Source: Candidatus Eiseniibacteriota bacterium | GTDB lineage: Bacteria; Eisenbacteria; RBG-16-71-46; CAVPCR01 | Direction: 5' to 3' | Assembly (NCBI GenBank): GCA_963823555.1 | Contig: CAWGMA010000001.1 | Coordinates: 640,001 to 704,000, forward strand | DNA length: 64,000 nucleotides | Part shown: positions 53,041 to 64,000 of the stretch, one piece after another | How the letters are laid out: each line of letters begins with the position of its first letter | How positions within the stretch are numbered: the first letter of the stretch is position 1 | Made by a program: the position numbers and the translations under genes | The notes under the pieces: generated by a model | What the model was told of the DNA's origin: nothing | What the model saw: the letters and a program-made list of their open reading frames with translations, nothing else | Database searches by the model: none

Positions 53041-53140
53041 TGAGGTCCTCTGTAACTCTCGTGATCCGAGAGCGGCTTAACCCACCGGGCCTGACCCGGT
53101 CCTTTGAGTCAGCGGGACACGTTTGTGACGGAGGGCCTCA
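53041..53140 (+). ncRNA. Candidate structured RNA (multi-stem, about 100 nt)
   Basis: About 16-bp closing stem 53041-53056/53125-53140 with G-U pairs, enclosing further hairpins. Confidence 0.4.
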
Positions 53141-53198
53141 CCGCTTTCCGGGGCCCAGGCTTCTCGGGTGACCCCGATTCGCCTGATCGCGGCCTGCG

Positions 53199-53561
53199 CT
53201 ACCCGGGGGGCCAGCCCATTCGCCGGCCTCCGAGCAGGTGCAGGTGAATGTGGAAGACGCTCTGCCCCGCTTCCTCGAGGCAGTTCCACACCAGACGGTA
53301 GCCCCGCTCCGCCAGGCCCCTGGCTCGAGCGATGTCCTTGGCCGCGAGGATGATCCGCCCGGCAAGTCCCTCCGCCTGGGCGTCGAGCTCATTGAGGGTC
53401 GCGATATGGACTCGCGGCACGATGAGGATGTGCACAGGCGCCTGCGGATTCACGTCCTCGAAGGCGACGATCTCGACATCTTCGTGGACGCGCCGTGATG
53501 GGATCTCGCCCCTGATGATGCGGCAGAAAAGGCATGACGACTGTGCATTCGATTCGCTCAT
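53199..53561 (-). CDS. hinT: Histidine triad nucleotide-binding protein
   Basis: CLFCRII, DVNPQAPVHILIVP, AGQSVFHIHLHLLGGR, WPPG. Confidence 0.95.
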   Translation of the reverse strand: MSESNAQSSCLFCRIIRGEIPSRRVHEDVEIVAFEDVNPQAPVHILIVPRVHIATLNELDAQAEGLAGRIILAAKDIARARGLAERGYRLVWNCLEEAGQSVFHIHLHLLGGRRMGWPPG

Positions 53562-53823
53562 GATCCAGACGATGTCGAGTCACGTCCCGGGCTGTCAAGG
53601 ATGGCGCCGATCGGACGCCGGCGCCGCGACCGGGTGCCGAATGATGCCCGGGTGAGCACCGACCTTGACCCTCCGGGTACCGAATCACTAGGCTCCGCCC
53701 ACTCGAAGCTCGCGTTCCGCGCCCGAGGTCGAGATCGTTCCGGGGCGCGCCGATTGAAAAGCGGGGGAGATGGCACAACCAGTGAACGTCACGACTCATG
53801 ATGAAACGCGGGGTGCCGGCCTG

Positions 53824-55923
53824 ATGCGGGCAGCGCCGAGCCTGGCCCTCATCCTTGCGATCTCGCTGCCGCTATTCGGGGCTGCCTCGGCTGAGGCCGC
53901 CGAGCCCACGGCCGGATCCAGCTACCACTGGCCCCTCGACCATCCGCGTCGGGTGAGTTCCACTTTCGGTGAATACCGTCAGGGCCACTTCCATGCCGGG
54001 GTCGACCTCTCGACATCGGGTCGGGAGGGGATTCCAGTGATGGCCGTCGACGACGGGGAAGTGGTTCGGGTTCGGGCCTCGGGGATCGGGTATGGCCGTG
54101 CCATCTACATCCAGCTGCGCAACGGAAAGCTCGCGGTCTACGCCCACCTCTCGGCCTACATGGAGCCGCTGGCCGAATATGTCGAGGCCGTGCAGGATTC
54201 GCTCGGGCGCTATCGCGTGGATCTCTACCCGGAGCGCGGGCGCTTTCCAGTGACCAGAGGTCAGGTCATCGGGCGCTCCGGAAGCTCCGGTGCCGGCGGA
54301 GCGCACTTTCACTTCGAGCTGCGCGAGGGGGATATTGCCGTCAACCCGCTGTTGCATGGCTTTGCCGCCGCCGATGCCAGCGCGCCCCTGCTCCAGACCC
54401 TCGTTCTGACTCCCCTGGATGGCACCGCCCGCATCAACGGATCGTCGCGAAAGATGCGCATTCCGCTCCGGAAGAACCAGAGCGGGGAGCTCGCGGCGAT
54501 CCAGGATGTCACCATCAGCGGCCGGGTCGGGGTCGGAGTCCGGGGTTTCGATCTCGATGGTGACGTGGGCAATCGCCTGGGCATCTACCGTACCGAGCTG
54601 TTCGTCGATGGCGAGCGGCGATTCGTGGCCCGTTTCGACCGCTTCGACTACCTGCGCAATCATGAGGTCGAGGCCGAATATGACTTCGAAGAGGCCCGGG
54701 CCGGCCGGCGGACCGTGCGGAACCTATTCGTGCCGCCGGGGGTGACCGGAGACTTTCACGATGGGTTGGCGGCATGGTCCGGAATCCTGGAGGGAATGAT
54801 GGCGGAGACGACGGTCGCGGCTCCGGGCCCGGCCGTGCGGCTCGCCCCGGGGGGGCACGATCTCCGCATCGTGGCCGCCGATGCGTTCGGCAACGTGACG
54901 ACGGCGAGTGCGGTGATCCGGGTCAAGGCCGAGAAGGCGCTCGTCCACGACCAGGTCACGGAGTCCCCACTCCTGGCCGGGACCGGTCTGCCCCTGGCCG
55001 GTGGCGTCCCTCAGGCACCCAAGGTCCATCTCGACCCGGGAGCGAGAGTGGCCACCCTGACCCTGGATTTCGCCCGGGCCCCAGCTCGCTCCCCGGTGCT
55101 CCTGGCGCCTGGTGCCGGGCGCCCCATACCTCTCAAGGCGACCAGCTCCGTGCGCTACGTCGCCACCATCGATGCGCGCGGGGAAACACCGCTCCAGCTC
55201 AAGATTCCGGCGCCCGCGGGGGGGGATCAGGTCCTCGGGCTGGATCTCCCGTGGACGGCCGTATCGCGAGCGCGGGCCGGTCGGTACGCGACCCCGGACG
55301 GCAGTGTGCGGATCGACTACCCCGCCCGGGCCTTCTTCGAGGATGCCTACCTGTGGGTGGAGGAACAGGCTGGAGCGGCAAGTCTCCCCGAGGGTCTCGA
55401 GCCGGTGAGCCGCGTCTTCCGGATGGAGCCGGCCGACCTTCCTCTCGACCAGGGTCTATGGGTGGGTATCCGCCCGGGACCGGGAGGGGTGGCATCCGCC
55501 GCCCCCGCGAGCGAGGGAGTGGCCCTCTATCGCATCGCCGGCGGCGACATCGATTATCAGGGGGCGGAGGTGCGCGACGGTCTCATCGGCACCAGGGTGC
55601 GCCGGCTCGCGACCTTCGTTCTGGCGCGTGACACGCGCCCGCCGTCGGTCCAGCTCCTGTCGCCCACCGATACGGTTCTCGCCGCGAGCGGACGTCCACT
55701 GCTCAGAGCCCGCGTGCGGGATCTCGAGTCGGGTTTCGCCGAGGATAGCCTCACCTTCCTCATCGACGGGCGGCGCGTACCAAGCGAATGGAATCCCGAA
55801 GCCAGCGACCTACGCTATCGAACGCGTAGGCCGCTCGCTCCCGGTCCCCATACGATCGTCGTCGAGGCCACGGACCGCGCCGGCAACACGACTCGGCGAT
55901 CGCTCAACGTGACCGTGCGCTGA
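53824..55923 (+). CDS. Secreted M23 family peptidase with C-terminal Ig-like domains
   Basis: STFGEYRQGHFHAGVD, YAHLS, SGSSG..HFHFELR; tail DTRPP...GPHTIVVEATDRAGN. Confidence 0.88.
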   Translation: MRAAPSLALILAISLPLFGAASAEAAEPTAGSSYHWPLDHPRRVSSTFGEYRQGHFHAGVDLSTSGREGIPVMAVDDGEVVRVRASGIGYGRAIYIQLRNGKLAVYAHLSAYMEPLAEYVEAVQDSLGRYRVDLYPERGRFPVTRGQVIGRSGSSGAGGAHFHFELREGDIAVNPLLHGFAAADASAPLLQTLVLTPLDGTARINGSSRKMRIPLRKNQSGELAAIQDVTISGRVGVGVRGFDLDGDVGNRLGIYRTELFVDGERRFVARFDRFDYLRNHEVEAEYDFEEARAGRRTVRNLFVPPGVTGDFHDGLAAWSGILEGMMAETTVAAPGPAVRLAPGGHDLRIVAADAFGNVTTASAVIRVKAEKALVHDQVTESPLLAGTGLPLAGGVPQAPKVHLDPGARVATLTLDFARAPARSPVLLAPGAGRPIPLKATSSVRYVATIDARGETPLQLKIPAPAGGDQVLGLDLPWTAVSRARAGRYATPDGSVRIDYPARAFFEDAYLWVEEQAGAASLPEGLEPVSRVFRMEPADLPLDQGLWVGIRPGPGGVASAAPASEGVALYRIAGGDIDYQGAEVRDGLIGTRVRRLATFVLARDTRPPSVQLLSPTDTVLAASGRPLLRARVRDLESGFAEDSLTFLIDGRRVPSEWNPEASDLRYRTRRPLAPGPHTIVVEATDRAGNTTRRSLNVTVR

Positions 55924-56066
55924 CCTGCGCGCCGGGAACGACAAGTCTCACCCAGACGATCACCACGTCAAGGTGTCCGCGCGCGCTCGTGCCCGCCCGC
56001 GCGCAGTTGTCATCGCCGTCTTGCGTGTGCTACAAGAGGGGGTGAGCTTTGAGGAGTCGAGCGCCA

Positions 56067-59000
56067 ATGAGTCATCCACAGTTTGTCCACCTGCACAATC
56101 ACTCCGACTACAGCCTCCTCGATGGCGCCACTCCGCTCGCCGCCATGGCCCGGAGAGCCGCGGAGTTCGGCATGCCCGCGATCGCGCTCACCGATCACGG
56201 CAATCTCTTCGGTGCGATCGACTTCTACGAGAAGACCCGGGCGGCGGGAGTCAAGCCGATCATCGGCATCGAGGCCTACATCACCGCCGGCAAGTACACC
56301 GAGCGCGAGAAAGGCGGGGATCCGTCGAGCCGCTACTTTCACCTGGTGCTGCTCGCCCGTGACCTCGAGGGCTACAAGAACCTGATGCGCCTGACCTCGC
56401 GGGCCTTCCTCGAGGGTTTCTACTACAAGCCGCGCATCGATCACGAACTCCTGGCCGCTCACGCCGGCGGGCTCACCGCTCTCTCGGCGTGCCTCAAGGG
56501 CGAGGTGCCGTATCATGCGCTACGCGGCAACCGCGACGCCGCGGTGGCCGCCGCCCTCCGCTACCGCGACATCTTCGGCGAGGGCCAGTTCTTCCTCGAG
56601 CTGCAGGATCACGGCATTCCGGCGCAGAAGCAGGTGGATACGGAGCTCCTGGAGATCTCGCGCCTGACCGGGATCCCCCTCGTGGCCACCAATGATTGTC
56701 ACTACCTCGAGTGCAACGACGCCGAGGCGCATGATCTCCTGCTCTGCATCCAGACCGGAAAGACCGTCGACACGCCGGGGCGGATGAAGTACGGCTCGAA
56801 CCAGCTCTACATCAAGTCGCCCCAGGAGATGCTCCAGGTGTTCGGCGAGCAGCCGGAGGCGATCAGGAACACACTCCTCGTCGCCGAGGGATGTAACCTC
56901 GAGCTCGAGTTCGGGAAGCTCCATCTGCCGCACTTCCCCCTGCCCGAAGGCTATGCGAGCGTCGATGACTATCTGCGCGATCTCGCCAACCGCGGGCTCG
57001 CCCGGCGCTACAGCGAGATCACGCCCGAGATCCAGTCCCGCCTCGACTACGAGCTCGGCGTCATCATTCGCATGGGTTACGCGGGGTACTTCCTCGTCGT
57101 GCGCGATTTCGTGCACCGGGCGCAGGAGATCGGTGTCGCTGTCGGGCCCGGACGCGGCTCGGCGGCGGGCAGCCTCGTTTCCTACGCGCTCGGCATCACG
57201 AATATCGATCCACTGCGTTTCGGCCTCCTCTTCGAGCGCTTCCTGAATCCCGATCGGATCTCGATGCCGGACATCGACATCGACTTCTGTTACGAGCGCC
57301 GCGGCGAGATCATCGACTATGTCGTGCAGAAGTACGGCGAGGACTGCGTGACCCAGATCATCACGTTCGGCACCATGGGCGCGAGGGCCGTGCTGCGTGA
57401 TGTGGGCCGGGTCTTGAACCTGCCGTTCGCCGATGTCGATCGCATCGCCAAGCTGGTGCCGGCCGAGATCGGGATCACCCTGGATGATGCTGTGGAGCGC
57501 GTGCCCGAGCTGCGTGAGCTGCCGAAGAAGGGCGAGGTCTATGACAAGCTCCTGCGAGCGGGACGCACCCTCGAGGGCCTGAGCCGGCACTCCTCGGTTC
57601 ACGCCGCGGGAGTTCTCATCACGCCGACCCCGCTCATCGAGAACGTGCCGCTCCACAAGTCGTCAAAGGGTGAGGTCACCACCCAGTTCGACATGCGCGC
57701 CGTCGAGAAGATCGGCCTCCTCAAGATGGACTTTCTCGGCCTGCGCACCCTCACGGTGGTGCAGAAGGCCTTCACCATGCTCGAGGAGCTGCACGGGGTC
57801 GAGCTCACCATGGAGACGGTTCCGATCGACGATCCGGCGACCTACGAGCTCCTGAAGCGCGCCGAGACGATCGGGGTCTTCCAGCTCGAGTCGAGCGGGA
57901 TGCGCGATCTCCTCCGGCGACTCCAGCCCGAGGCCTTCGAGGATGTGATCGCCGTCAACGCGCTCTTCCGTCCCGGGCCCCTGGGTTCGGGCATGGTGGA
58001 CGACTACATCGCCTGCAAGCACGGCCGGAAGAAGATCGAGTACGAGCTCCCGGAGCTCGAGCCGATCCTCCGTGAGACCTACGGCACGATTCTCTACCAG
58101 GAACAGGTGATGCAGATCGCCTCCGCCCTCGGCGGCTTCTCGCTCGCTCAAGCGGACATCCTGCGCAAGGCGATGGGCAAGAAGAAGCCGGAGGAGATGG
58201 CCAAGCAGCGGGAGGCGTTCGTCAAGGGGGCCGCCGCCCGCAACATCCCGGAGGCGAAGGCGAGCCGCATCTTCGAGCTCATGGCCCACTTCGCGGGCTA
58301 CGGGTTCAACAAGTCGCACTCGGCGGCCTATGCCTTGATCTCCGTCGTCACTGCCTACTTGAAGGCGCACTATCCCGTTGCGTTCATGGCCGCCTCGCTG
58401 ACTTCGGAAATGGACTCCTCCGATCGCATCGTCATCCTGGTCGACGAGTGCCGGCGGATGGGGATCGAGGTCATGCCCCCGGACGTGAACGCGTCCTACG
58501 CCCAGTTCACAGTCGAGGGGAAGCGCATCCGGTTCGGGCTCGGGGCGGTCAAGAATGTCGGGCCGGGGGCGATCGCCGAGATGCTGCGCGCCCGGGAGAG
58601 CGAAGGGCTGTTCCTCGGCCTCCATGATCTCTGCCGGCGCGTCGATCTGGGACGCGTCAACCGGCGGGTGATCGAGAGCCTGATCGGCGCGGGTGCCTGC
58701 GACGAACTGGGCGGGCACCGGGCGCAGCTCATGGCCGCGGTCGGGGAGGCCTTCTCGGTCGGGCAGCGCGCCCAGCGCGAGCGTGCGCGGGGACAGGAGT
58801 CCCTGTTCGGCGAAGCGGCCGCCGCCGAGATCGAACCGTCGCGCCTTCCCGATGCCGAACCCTGGGACACCAAGACGCGCATCGCGCGCGAGAAGGAGTT
58901 CCTGGGGTTCTATCTCACCGATCATCCGCTGGCTGCCCTGCGCCAGGAGATCAGCGCGATCTCGAGCGCCGACTCGCAGGTGCTCAAGTCGATGTCCGAC

Positions 59001-59528
59001 GGTTCCGAGGTGCGTCTGGTCGGGCTGGTGAACGCCATCAAGCGCATCTCCGATCGCAAGGGCAAGCCGATGGCCTTCGTGACCCTCGAGGACTTCGCCG
59101 GTCTGGTCGAGGTGCTCGTGTTCTCCGACGCCTGCGAGGCGGCCGGGTCCGAGCTGGCCGTCGACGAGGTGATGGCGGTCGAGGGCCGGGTATCCACTCG
59201 CGAGAACGAGGAGGCGAAGCTGGTCGCCTCACGCATCATGTCCTTCGAGCGGGCGCGCCAGGAGATGGTGGGTGCCCTGGAGATCGCGCTCGATGCCACC
59301 CCGGGGGCCGAGCTGGTGGCGGCGATCGACCGCGCCCTCGCCCGCCATCCGGGGTCGGGACAGCTCATCTTCAAGGTGCTCGGTGACTCTGGCGATGCCG
59401 TCCGGGTGCTGGCCCGGGGCCGCCAGGTGGCCCTGTCCGGGGATCTGGTGCGCGACGTGGCCGAGCTCGTGGGCGAGGAGCGCGTCCGGCTTTGCCAGCG
59501 CGAGCCCATTCCCGCCGGGCTCGCCTAG
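56067..59528 (+). CDS. dnaE: DNA polymerase III subunit alpha (replicative DnaE1)
   Basis: FVHLHNHSDYSLLDG, GPGRGSAAGS, MPDIDIDF, KMDFLGL, YGFNKSH, QESLF clamp motif, OB fold, CTD. Confidence 0.98.
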   Translation: MSHPQFVHLHNHSDYSLLDGATPLAAMARRAAEFGMPAIALTDHGNLFGAIDFYEKTRAAGVKPIIGIEAYITAGKYTEREKGGDPSSRYFHLVLLARDLEGYKNLMRLTSRAFLEGFYYKPRIDHELLAAHAGGLTALSACLKGEVPYHALRGNRDAAVAAALRYRDIFGEGQFFLELQDHGIPAQKQVDTELLEISRLTGIPLVATNDCHYLECNDAEAHDLLLCIQTGKTVDTPGRMKYGSNQLYIKSPQEMLQVFGEQPEAIRNTLLVAEGCNLELEFGKLHLPHFPLPEGYASVDDYLRDLANRGLARRYSEITPEIQSRLDYELGVIIRMGYAGYFLVVRDFVHRAQEIGVAVGPGRGSAAGSLVSYALGITNIDPLRFGLLFERFLNPDRISMPDIDIDFCYERRGEIIDYVVQKYGEDCVTQIITFGTMGARAVLRDVGRVLNLPFADVDRIAKLVPAEIGITLDDAVERVPELRELPKKGEVYDKLLRAGRTLEGLSRHSSVHAAGVLITPTPLIENVPLHKSSKGEVTTQFDMRAVEKIGLLKMDFLGLRTLTVVQKAFTMLEELHGVELTMETVPIDDPATYELLKRAETIGVFQLESSGMRDLLRRLQPEAFEDVIAVNALFRPGPLGSGMVDDYIACKHGRKKIEYELPELEPILRETYGTILYQEQVMQIASALGGFSLAQADILRKAMGKKKPEEMAKQREAFVKGAAARNIPEAKASRIFELMAHFAGYGFNKSHSAAYALISVVTAYLKAHYPVAFMAASLTSEMDSSDRIVILVDECRRMGIEVMPPDVNASYAQFTVEGKRIRFGLGAVKNVGPGAIAEMLRARESEGLFLGLHDLCRRVDLGRVNRRVIESLIGAGACDELGGHRAQLMAAVGEAFSVGQRAQRERARGQESLFGEAAAAEIEPSRLPDAEPWDTKTRIAREKEFLGFYLTDHPLAALRQEISAISSADSQVLKSMSDGSEVRLVGLVNAIKRISDRKGKPMAFVTLEDFAGLVEVLVFSDACEAAGSELAVDEVMAVEGRVSTRENEEAKLVASRIMSFERARQEMVGALEIALDATPGAELVAAIDRALARHPGSGQLIFKVLGDSGDAVRVLARGRQVALSGDLVRDVAELVGEERVRLCQREPIPAGLA

Positions 59529-59588
59529 CTGCTAGCCTCTCCCCGGCCACCCCGGCCCACCGGTCTCGGCGTAGGAGGGACTTCTAGG

Positions 59589-60560
<972 letters not shown>

Positions 60561-60611
60561 CCCCGGCCGGCTCCGAGCCTGGCGTTTCCCTCCAGGGGCG
60601 CCCGTAGCTCC

Positions 60612-60640
60612 TTGCTCCCCATGGCTCTGGCGGATAGACT
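60612..60640 (+). promoter_or_regulatory. Sigma70-type promoter
   Basis: TTGCTC-N17-TAGACT. Confidence 0.45.
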
Positions 60641-60783
60641 AGGGCGCCGATGCCGAGAACCCTGGGCCCGGTCCCGGCCGGGGCAGGGGTGGCTGCCCGC
60701 TGAGCTCGACCGCCTCCGGCGGACCGCTCTCGGCTACTCGCAGCCGCCGGGTTCGGCAACGCCCACGTTCAGGAGTGCGACGC

Positions 60784-60993
60784 ATGCCGCTTTCCGAACA
60801 GCTCCTCGCCATTCTTGTTTGCCCCGCCTGCAAGGGCGACCTCGACTACGATCGCGTCAACGAACGCCTCACCTGCCATGCCTGCAAGCTCCGGTATCGG
60901 ATCGAGGATGACATCCCGATCATGCTGGTCGAGGAGGCTGAGCGGCTCGGGGCGGCGCCGGGGGCTCAGCCAGGCGGTGGGGCGGGGAGCTAG
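60784..60993 (+). CDS. Trm112/YcaR family protein
   Basis: LLAILVCPACKGDL...C..C.LRYRIEDDIPIML; AGGAG SD. Confidence 0.92.
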   Translation: MPLSEQLLAILVCPACKGDLDYDRVNERLTCHACKLRYRIEDDIPIMLVEEAERLGAAPGAQPGGGAGS

Positions 60994-61093
60994 AGATCGG
61001 GCGACGCCGGCATCGCATCGTCGTTTGGGATAGTTGCGTGTCGGCGCAGCTAATTACGGCATGATCCAGACAGGCCGCAGAGGGTTCCTGCAC

Positions 61094-64000
61094 GTGCGCA
61101 AAATGCTGATCGCGCTCGGCGCGCTCGCCGTCATCGTATTCGCTGGCCACCTTCTCCTTGCCGCCGGCCCGCTGGGACCGGTCGCGGCGAGCGCTCGCGA
61201 GCCGGCGCCCGGTGAGGCGACCCGGCCGTCGACTCTTCCCCGCACGGTACCTGTGGATCCGGTCGAGCTCGTGGCCAGCGATGAGCGGGGCACGACCCTC
61301 CTCTGCACCGCCGGCCCGCCGGAGCTCGTTCCCGTGGGGGAGGAGGATGGGGCGGATCCGACCCGACGAGTGCGGGTCGCGATCCATGGATTCACGGCCA
61401 TGAGCCCGCCGGGGGCTCCCGACCTTCCGGGGCGGTCGGTCCTGGTGGCGATTCCAGCGGGGGCGCGGCCCCGGCTCCGGGTCACCATGGGCGGCGAGGA
61501 GGAGATCTCCCAGGTCCGCGTGGCCCCGATCCCCGTGCCGGGCCCCCGGCCCGAAGCCGGCGCGATCCCGACCTGGCTCCCGAGCGAGGACGCCGTCTTC
61601 TACGCCAGCTCCTACCCCGAGGAGCGCGTGCTCCTGTCGCCGGTCATGCGGATGGGTGATCTCGATGTGGTCTCGGTCACCATCCGGCCTGCCGTCTTCG
61701 ATCCAGAGCGTTCGCTCATCCGCTTCGCCACCCGCATCGAGATCGAGGTGATCACCGAGGGTGGGGTCTCCCGCCGTTCGGGGTCCGACGTCGGCGCCGG
61801 TCCGTCCACCGTGAGCGCCGTCGTCAACCAGGAAGCGGCCCGCGGATTCGGCCGGGAGCGGTCCCCTTTCCGGACCGCTCGACGTCAGGAAGGGGCGAGC
61901 TTCGAGAGCTCGAATCACTGGGTCCGGATCTCGGTGGCCGCTCGTGGTCTCGTCCGGGTCGATGGCGCCCGTCTGGCCGCGGCCGGTGTGGACATCGCCA
62001 CCATCGATCCCTCGAGCCTGCGTGTGTTCTGGGGTGGAGGGCTCGATCCCGAGCCCGGGGTGAGCCCGCGATCGCCGAGCGCGGCTTCCTTCATGAACGA
62101 GTGCGCGATCGAGGTCGTGGATGGAGGCGACGGCCGGCTTGATACCGGTGACGCCGTCGTCTTCCTCGGTCAGGGCGCATCGGGCTGGCGCGATGACTTC
62201 CGTGGCGGGACGTATGCGCTCGACTACGTCGAACATGCGCGAGTCAAGACCGGGGTCTACTGGCTCACCTGGGGTGGGGATTTTACCGATCCGCCGCAGA
62301 GAATTGCGTCGCGCGATGCAACGCCGGCGGGCGGCCCCGTGGTGACCCGGGGCCGGGCGCGCATTCACTTCGAACGCAATCGCCGCTACTATTCCGATCT
62401 CTACGAGGCGGGCCAGAAGTGGGAGCGCTGGTTCGATGCCATCCTCACCGACTACGATGCCGCGGTCTACTTTCCGATCCGCCCCGAGAAGCCCGATGTC
62501 ACCGCTCCCGGCGCACTCAATCTGCGATTGTGGGGGTACACGAGCATGGGGAACCAGGCGACCATCCGCGACCACTACCTGCGGGCCTGGTTCAACGGTG
62601 AGCCCATTCTCACTCCAGCCGGACGAGACACCTTCATCTGGGATGGGCCGCGGTTCCAGAGGACAGGGCGTCAGGATGTGACGAGCGAGACGCTTCAGCT
62701 CCTCGACGGCGAGAACCGCCTGCAGCTCGATGTCCTCGTCGTCAACGATCCGCTGAACCCGAACCGGAGCGATCAGGTGCTCATGGCCTGGTATGACTTC
62801 GGATGGGTGCGCCGACTCGATTTCGCCGGCGAGGCCGGCGGGGAGGCGGTGCCGTTCGGCGATCCTGGTCCGGCCACCGTCGAGGTGAACGGGGCGCCCG
62901 CCGGGGCCCGGGTCTTCGACGTCAGCGATCCGTGGCGACCGATCGAGCTCGCCGGGATCGAGCGCGCGGGGACGGTCCTGCGCTTCGCTGCCGATCTCGA
63001 TCCGGCGTCGCCGCCCAAGTTCCTGGTCGGGGTCACGCCGGCGGCGCCGGCGGCGGTCGAGGTGGATCAGAGCCAGCCGCACCTCCGGCGGGCCGACCAC
63101 GCGGCCTGGTACATCGTCATCGCCCACGACTCGATGATCGCGGAGGCCACCCGCCTGGCGGAGGCTCATGCCCGCCACGCTCCACCCGAGGGCGCGCCGC
63201 CGGGGCCGCCCCTCGCGGTCCGGCTTTCGGACGTCGTCGACGAGTTCGGCTGGGGACTCCGGAGCGAGATCGCCATCCGCAACTTCGTCGACTGGGCCTT
63301 CCACGAGTGGTCGGCCCCGCCGCTCTACATCTGTCTTCTCGGCGACGCCTCCTATGATCCTCAAGACAACTACGGGGACGGCACCCGGGAGACCGATCTC
63401 GTCCCTGCGGCCCAGTTCTGGAACTGGATCGGCGGGTCGTACGGCGGCTCGGACTACATCTCGGACGACTACTACGTTCGCACCTTCGGCGACGCGCTCG
63501 AGTCGCCGCCCGACGTCATGAGCGATCTCTACGTCGGCCGCATCCCGGCGGGGAGCCGCAGCGAGGCGCAGATCGCCGTGGATCAGAAGACGATTCCCTT
63601 CCTCACCGATCCCGAGTTCGGGCCATGGCGGCAGCGGGCGCTCATCCTCGCCGACGACGAGTACGCCGGTGGGGATCCGCCGCGCTACGAGGGCTTCATT
63701 CATGTCCAGTACAGCGAGCAGGTGGCCGCGCTCCTGCCGCCGGAGCTGGAGCGGCAGAAGATCTACCTCACCGACTACCCGTGCAATCCGTGCACCAGCC
63801 CGCGCGCCAAGCCGGCGGCGCGCGAGGCGTTCGTCAACGCCTTCAGCGACGGGGCCGCCTTCATCAACTACATCGGCCACGGAGCCCCCGATGTCCTGGC
63901 GCACGAGGCGGTCTTCAAGATCGAGAACGTGGGCCAGCTCACCAACAGCCGCCGTCTGCCGTTCTTCTCGACCTTCTCCTGCACGGTGAACCGCTTCGAT
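61094..64000 (+). CDS. C25 (gingipain/PorU-like) cysteine peptidase, runs off the window end
   Basis: Absent from the ORF track; read by eye from GTG (VRKMLIALGALAVIVF). Contains LLGDASYD, SDDYY, VGRIP, ADD, NYIGHG (His) and FSC (Cys); start and GHG motif are in the same frame. Confidence 0.88.
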   Translation, partial: MRKMLIALGALAVIVFAGHLLLAAGPLGPVAASAREPAPGEATRPSTLPRTVPVDPVELVASDERGTTLLCTAGPPELVPVGEEDGADPTRRVRVAIHGFTAMSPPGAPDLPGRSVLVAIPAGARPRLRVTMGGEEEISQVRVAPIPVPGPRPEAGAIPTWLPSEDAVFYASSYPEERVLLSPVMRMGDLDVVSVTIRPAVFDPERSLIRFATRIEIEVITEGGVSRRSGSDVGAGPSTVSAVVNQEAARGFGRERSPFRTARRQEGASFESSNHWVRISVAARGLVRVDGARLAAAGVDIATIDPSSLRVFWGGGLDPEPGVSPRSPSAASFMNECAIEVVDGGDGRLDTGDAVVFLGQGASGWRDDFRGGTYALDYVEHARVKTGVYWLTWGGDFTDPPQRIASRDATPAGGPVVTRGRARIHFERNRRYYSDLYEAGQKWERWFDAILTDYDAAVYFPIRPEKPDVTAPGALNLRLWGYTSMGNQATIRDHYLRAWFNGEPILTPAGRDTFIWDGPRFQRTGRQDVTSETLQLLDGENRLQLDVLVVNDPLNPNRSDQVLMAWYDFGWVRRLDFAGEAGGEAVPFGDPGPATVEVNGAPAGARVFDVSDPWRPIELAGIERAGTVLRFAADLDPASPPKFLVGVTPAAPAAVEVDQSQPHLRRADHAAWYIVIAHDSMIAEATRLAEAHARHAPPEGAPPGPPLAVRLSDVVDEFGWGLRSEIAIRNFVDWAFHEWSAPPLYICLLGDASYDPQDNYGDGTRETDLVPAAQFWNWIGGSYGGSDYISDDYYVRTFGDALESPPDVMSDLYVGRIPAGSRSEAQIAVDQKTIPFLTDPEFGPWRQRALILADDEYAGGDPPRYEGFIHVQYSEQVAALLPPELERQKIYLTDYPCNPCTSPRAKPAAREAFVNAFSDGAAFINYIGHGAPDVLAHEAVFKIENVGQLTNSRRLPFFSTFSCTVNRFD

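Noticed and set aside
53041..53140. SRP RNA, tRNA-Sec or cyclic-dinucleotide riboswitch
   Set aside because: Lacks the SRP CAGG-GNRA-AGCAG core, a T-loop/CCA end and the riboswitch consensus motifs I could check by eye; kept only as an unknown structure
60920..63904. 994-aa minus-strand ORF
   Set aside because: Antisense shadow of the plus-strand C25 peptidase, which has a signal peptide and catalytic motifs

Overview
High-GC, gene-dense bacterial chromosomal segment with no phage, transposase, integrase or CRISPR array visible. Secreted proteins with FlgD/T9SS-like tails, a 'TWGxIK' tail and a PorU-like C25 peptidase suggest an FCB-related lineage such as Eisenbacteria/Latescibacteria/Krumholzibacteria (inference). 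Contents in order: rarA; an M16 peptidase pair; a secreted GH32/43-like hydrolase; a 1070-aa DnaE paralog lacking the catalytic residues, directly upstream of lexA; tRNA-Glu; three secreted proteins; iadA; a frameshifted membrane pyrophosphatase; heme O/A synthesis genes; a Pho cluster (porin, phoB-phoR, a second phoB-like regulator, pstSCAB-phoU and a second pstSCABB); a GT4; DUF4438; mutM; a TatT-type TRAP transporter; an aminotransferase-luxE-luxC operon; alaX; 3D-domain, HIT and M23 genes; canonical dnaE-accA; Trm112; and a truncated C25 peptidase. The best candidate for an undescribed system is the apparently dead DnaE1-type protein, which keeps a clamp-binding motif and a tau-binding-like tail and is linked to lexA. 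Next are the complementary-degenerate PstB pair, the luxCE plus aminotransferase operon, and two candidate structured RNAs. Clustered single-base indels look like sequencing errors.
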